Of a DNA stretch of 37,372 nt, positions 37,076 through 37,372 are shown one piece after another. A model generated the notes under the pieces. The model did not search any database. It saw only the letters and a program-made list of their open reading frames with translations, and had not been told where the DNA came from. The stretch lies in contig JADHUQ010000003.1 of NCBI GenBank assembly GCA_016784425.1, forward strand, positions 1 to 37,372, given 5' to 3'. The position numbers and the translations under genes were made by a program. How positions within the stretch are numbered: position 1 is the stretch's first letter; each line of letters starts with the position of its first letter. Source of the DNA: Candidatus Delongbacteria bacterium (GTDB lineage Bacteria; CAIWAD01; BS150m-G50).

Positions 37076-37372
37076 CTATCCTGAACGGTTGGCTGTTGTA
37101 AACTGCGGTTGCTGGGAATGAGTGATCGCCACCCCCAGTGCATCGGAAGCATCCAACGGTGTCGGTGGTTCCGACAGACCGAGGAGTTTTTGAACCATGA
37201 ACTGCACCTGTTGTTTGACGGCAGCACCGTTGCCTGTTACAGCCTTTTTGACTTCCCGTGGCGTGTATTCTGCCACCTTGATATTACGGTCGAGGATCGC
37301 TACGATTGCGGCGGCCCGGGCATGTCCCAGACGCAGAGCGGAAGTGGAGTTACGACTGACAAAGATATTCTC
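37076..37372 (-). CDS. ruvC: Crossover junction endodeoxyribonuclease, 5' end outside window
   Basis: EYTPREVKKAVTGNGAAVKQQV, DASDALGVAITH. The frame stays open to the edge (ENIFVSRNSTSALRLGHARAA). Confidence 0.95.
   Translation of the reverse strand, partial: ENIFVSRNSTSALRLGHARAAAIVAILDRNIKVAEYTPREVKKAVTGNGAAVKQQVQFMVQKLLGLSEPPTPLDASDALGVAITHSQQPQFTTANRSG

Overview
Bacterial chromosomal window, almost entirely minus-strand, with no mobile element or CRISPR array seen. The gene set (SprA, a PorV/FadL-like barrel, lnt, ferredoxin-dependent 2-oxoacid oxidoreductase) suggests a diderm anaerobe of the FCB group or a relative; this is inference. Housekeeping blocks: ruvC(partial)-ruvA-ruvB-queA-ispD-ispF; rnz-sprA-prmA; yicC-gmk-rpoZ-coaBC-udg-dnaB-rel; ruvX-lnt-PorV/FadL-like gene (partial). 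Plus strand: a secreted/outer-membrane protein, tRNA-Val(CAC) and a ClC-CBS-RCK_C transporter. Two things stand out. (1) A 9-gene redox operon: P-loop NTPase, 2-oxoacid:ferredoxin oxidoreductase delta-alpha-beta-gamma, a HydC/HydB/short HydA-like (NuoEFG-like, Bfu-type) module with no H-cluster, and a polyferredoxin with no catalytic partner. (2) A candidate ~93-nt sigma54-dependent small RNA at 28751-28843 (minus), bounded by a consensus -24/-12 promoter and an intrinsic terminator. It carries three anti-Shine-Dalgarno-like motifs and a 14-nt match to the region upstream of the divergent gene. A second sigma54 promoter precedes another beta-barrel gene, and the tRNA-Val has a non-canonical C33.
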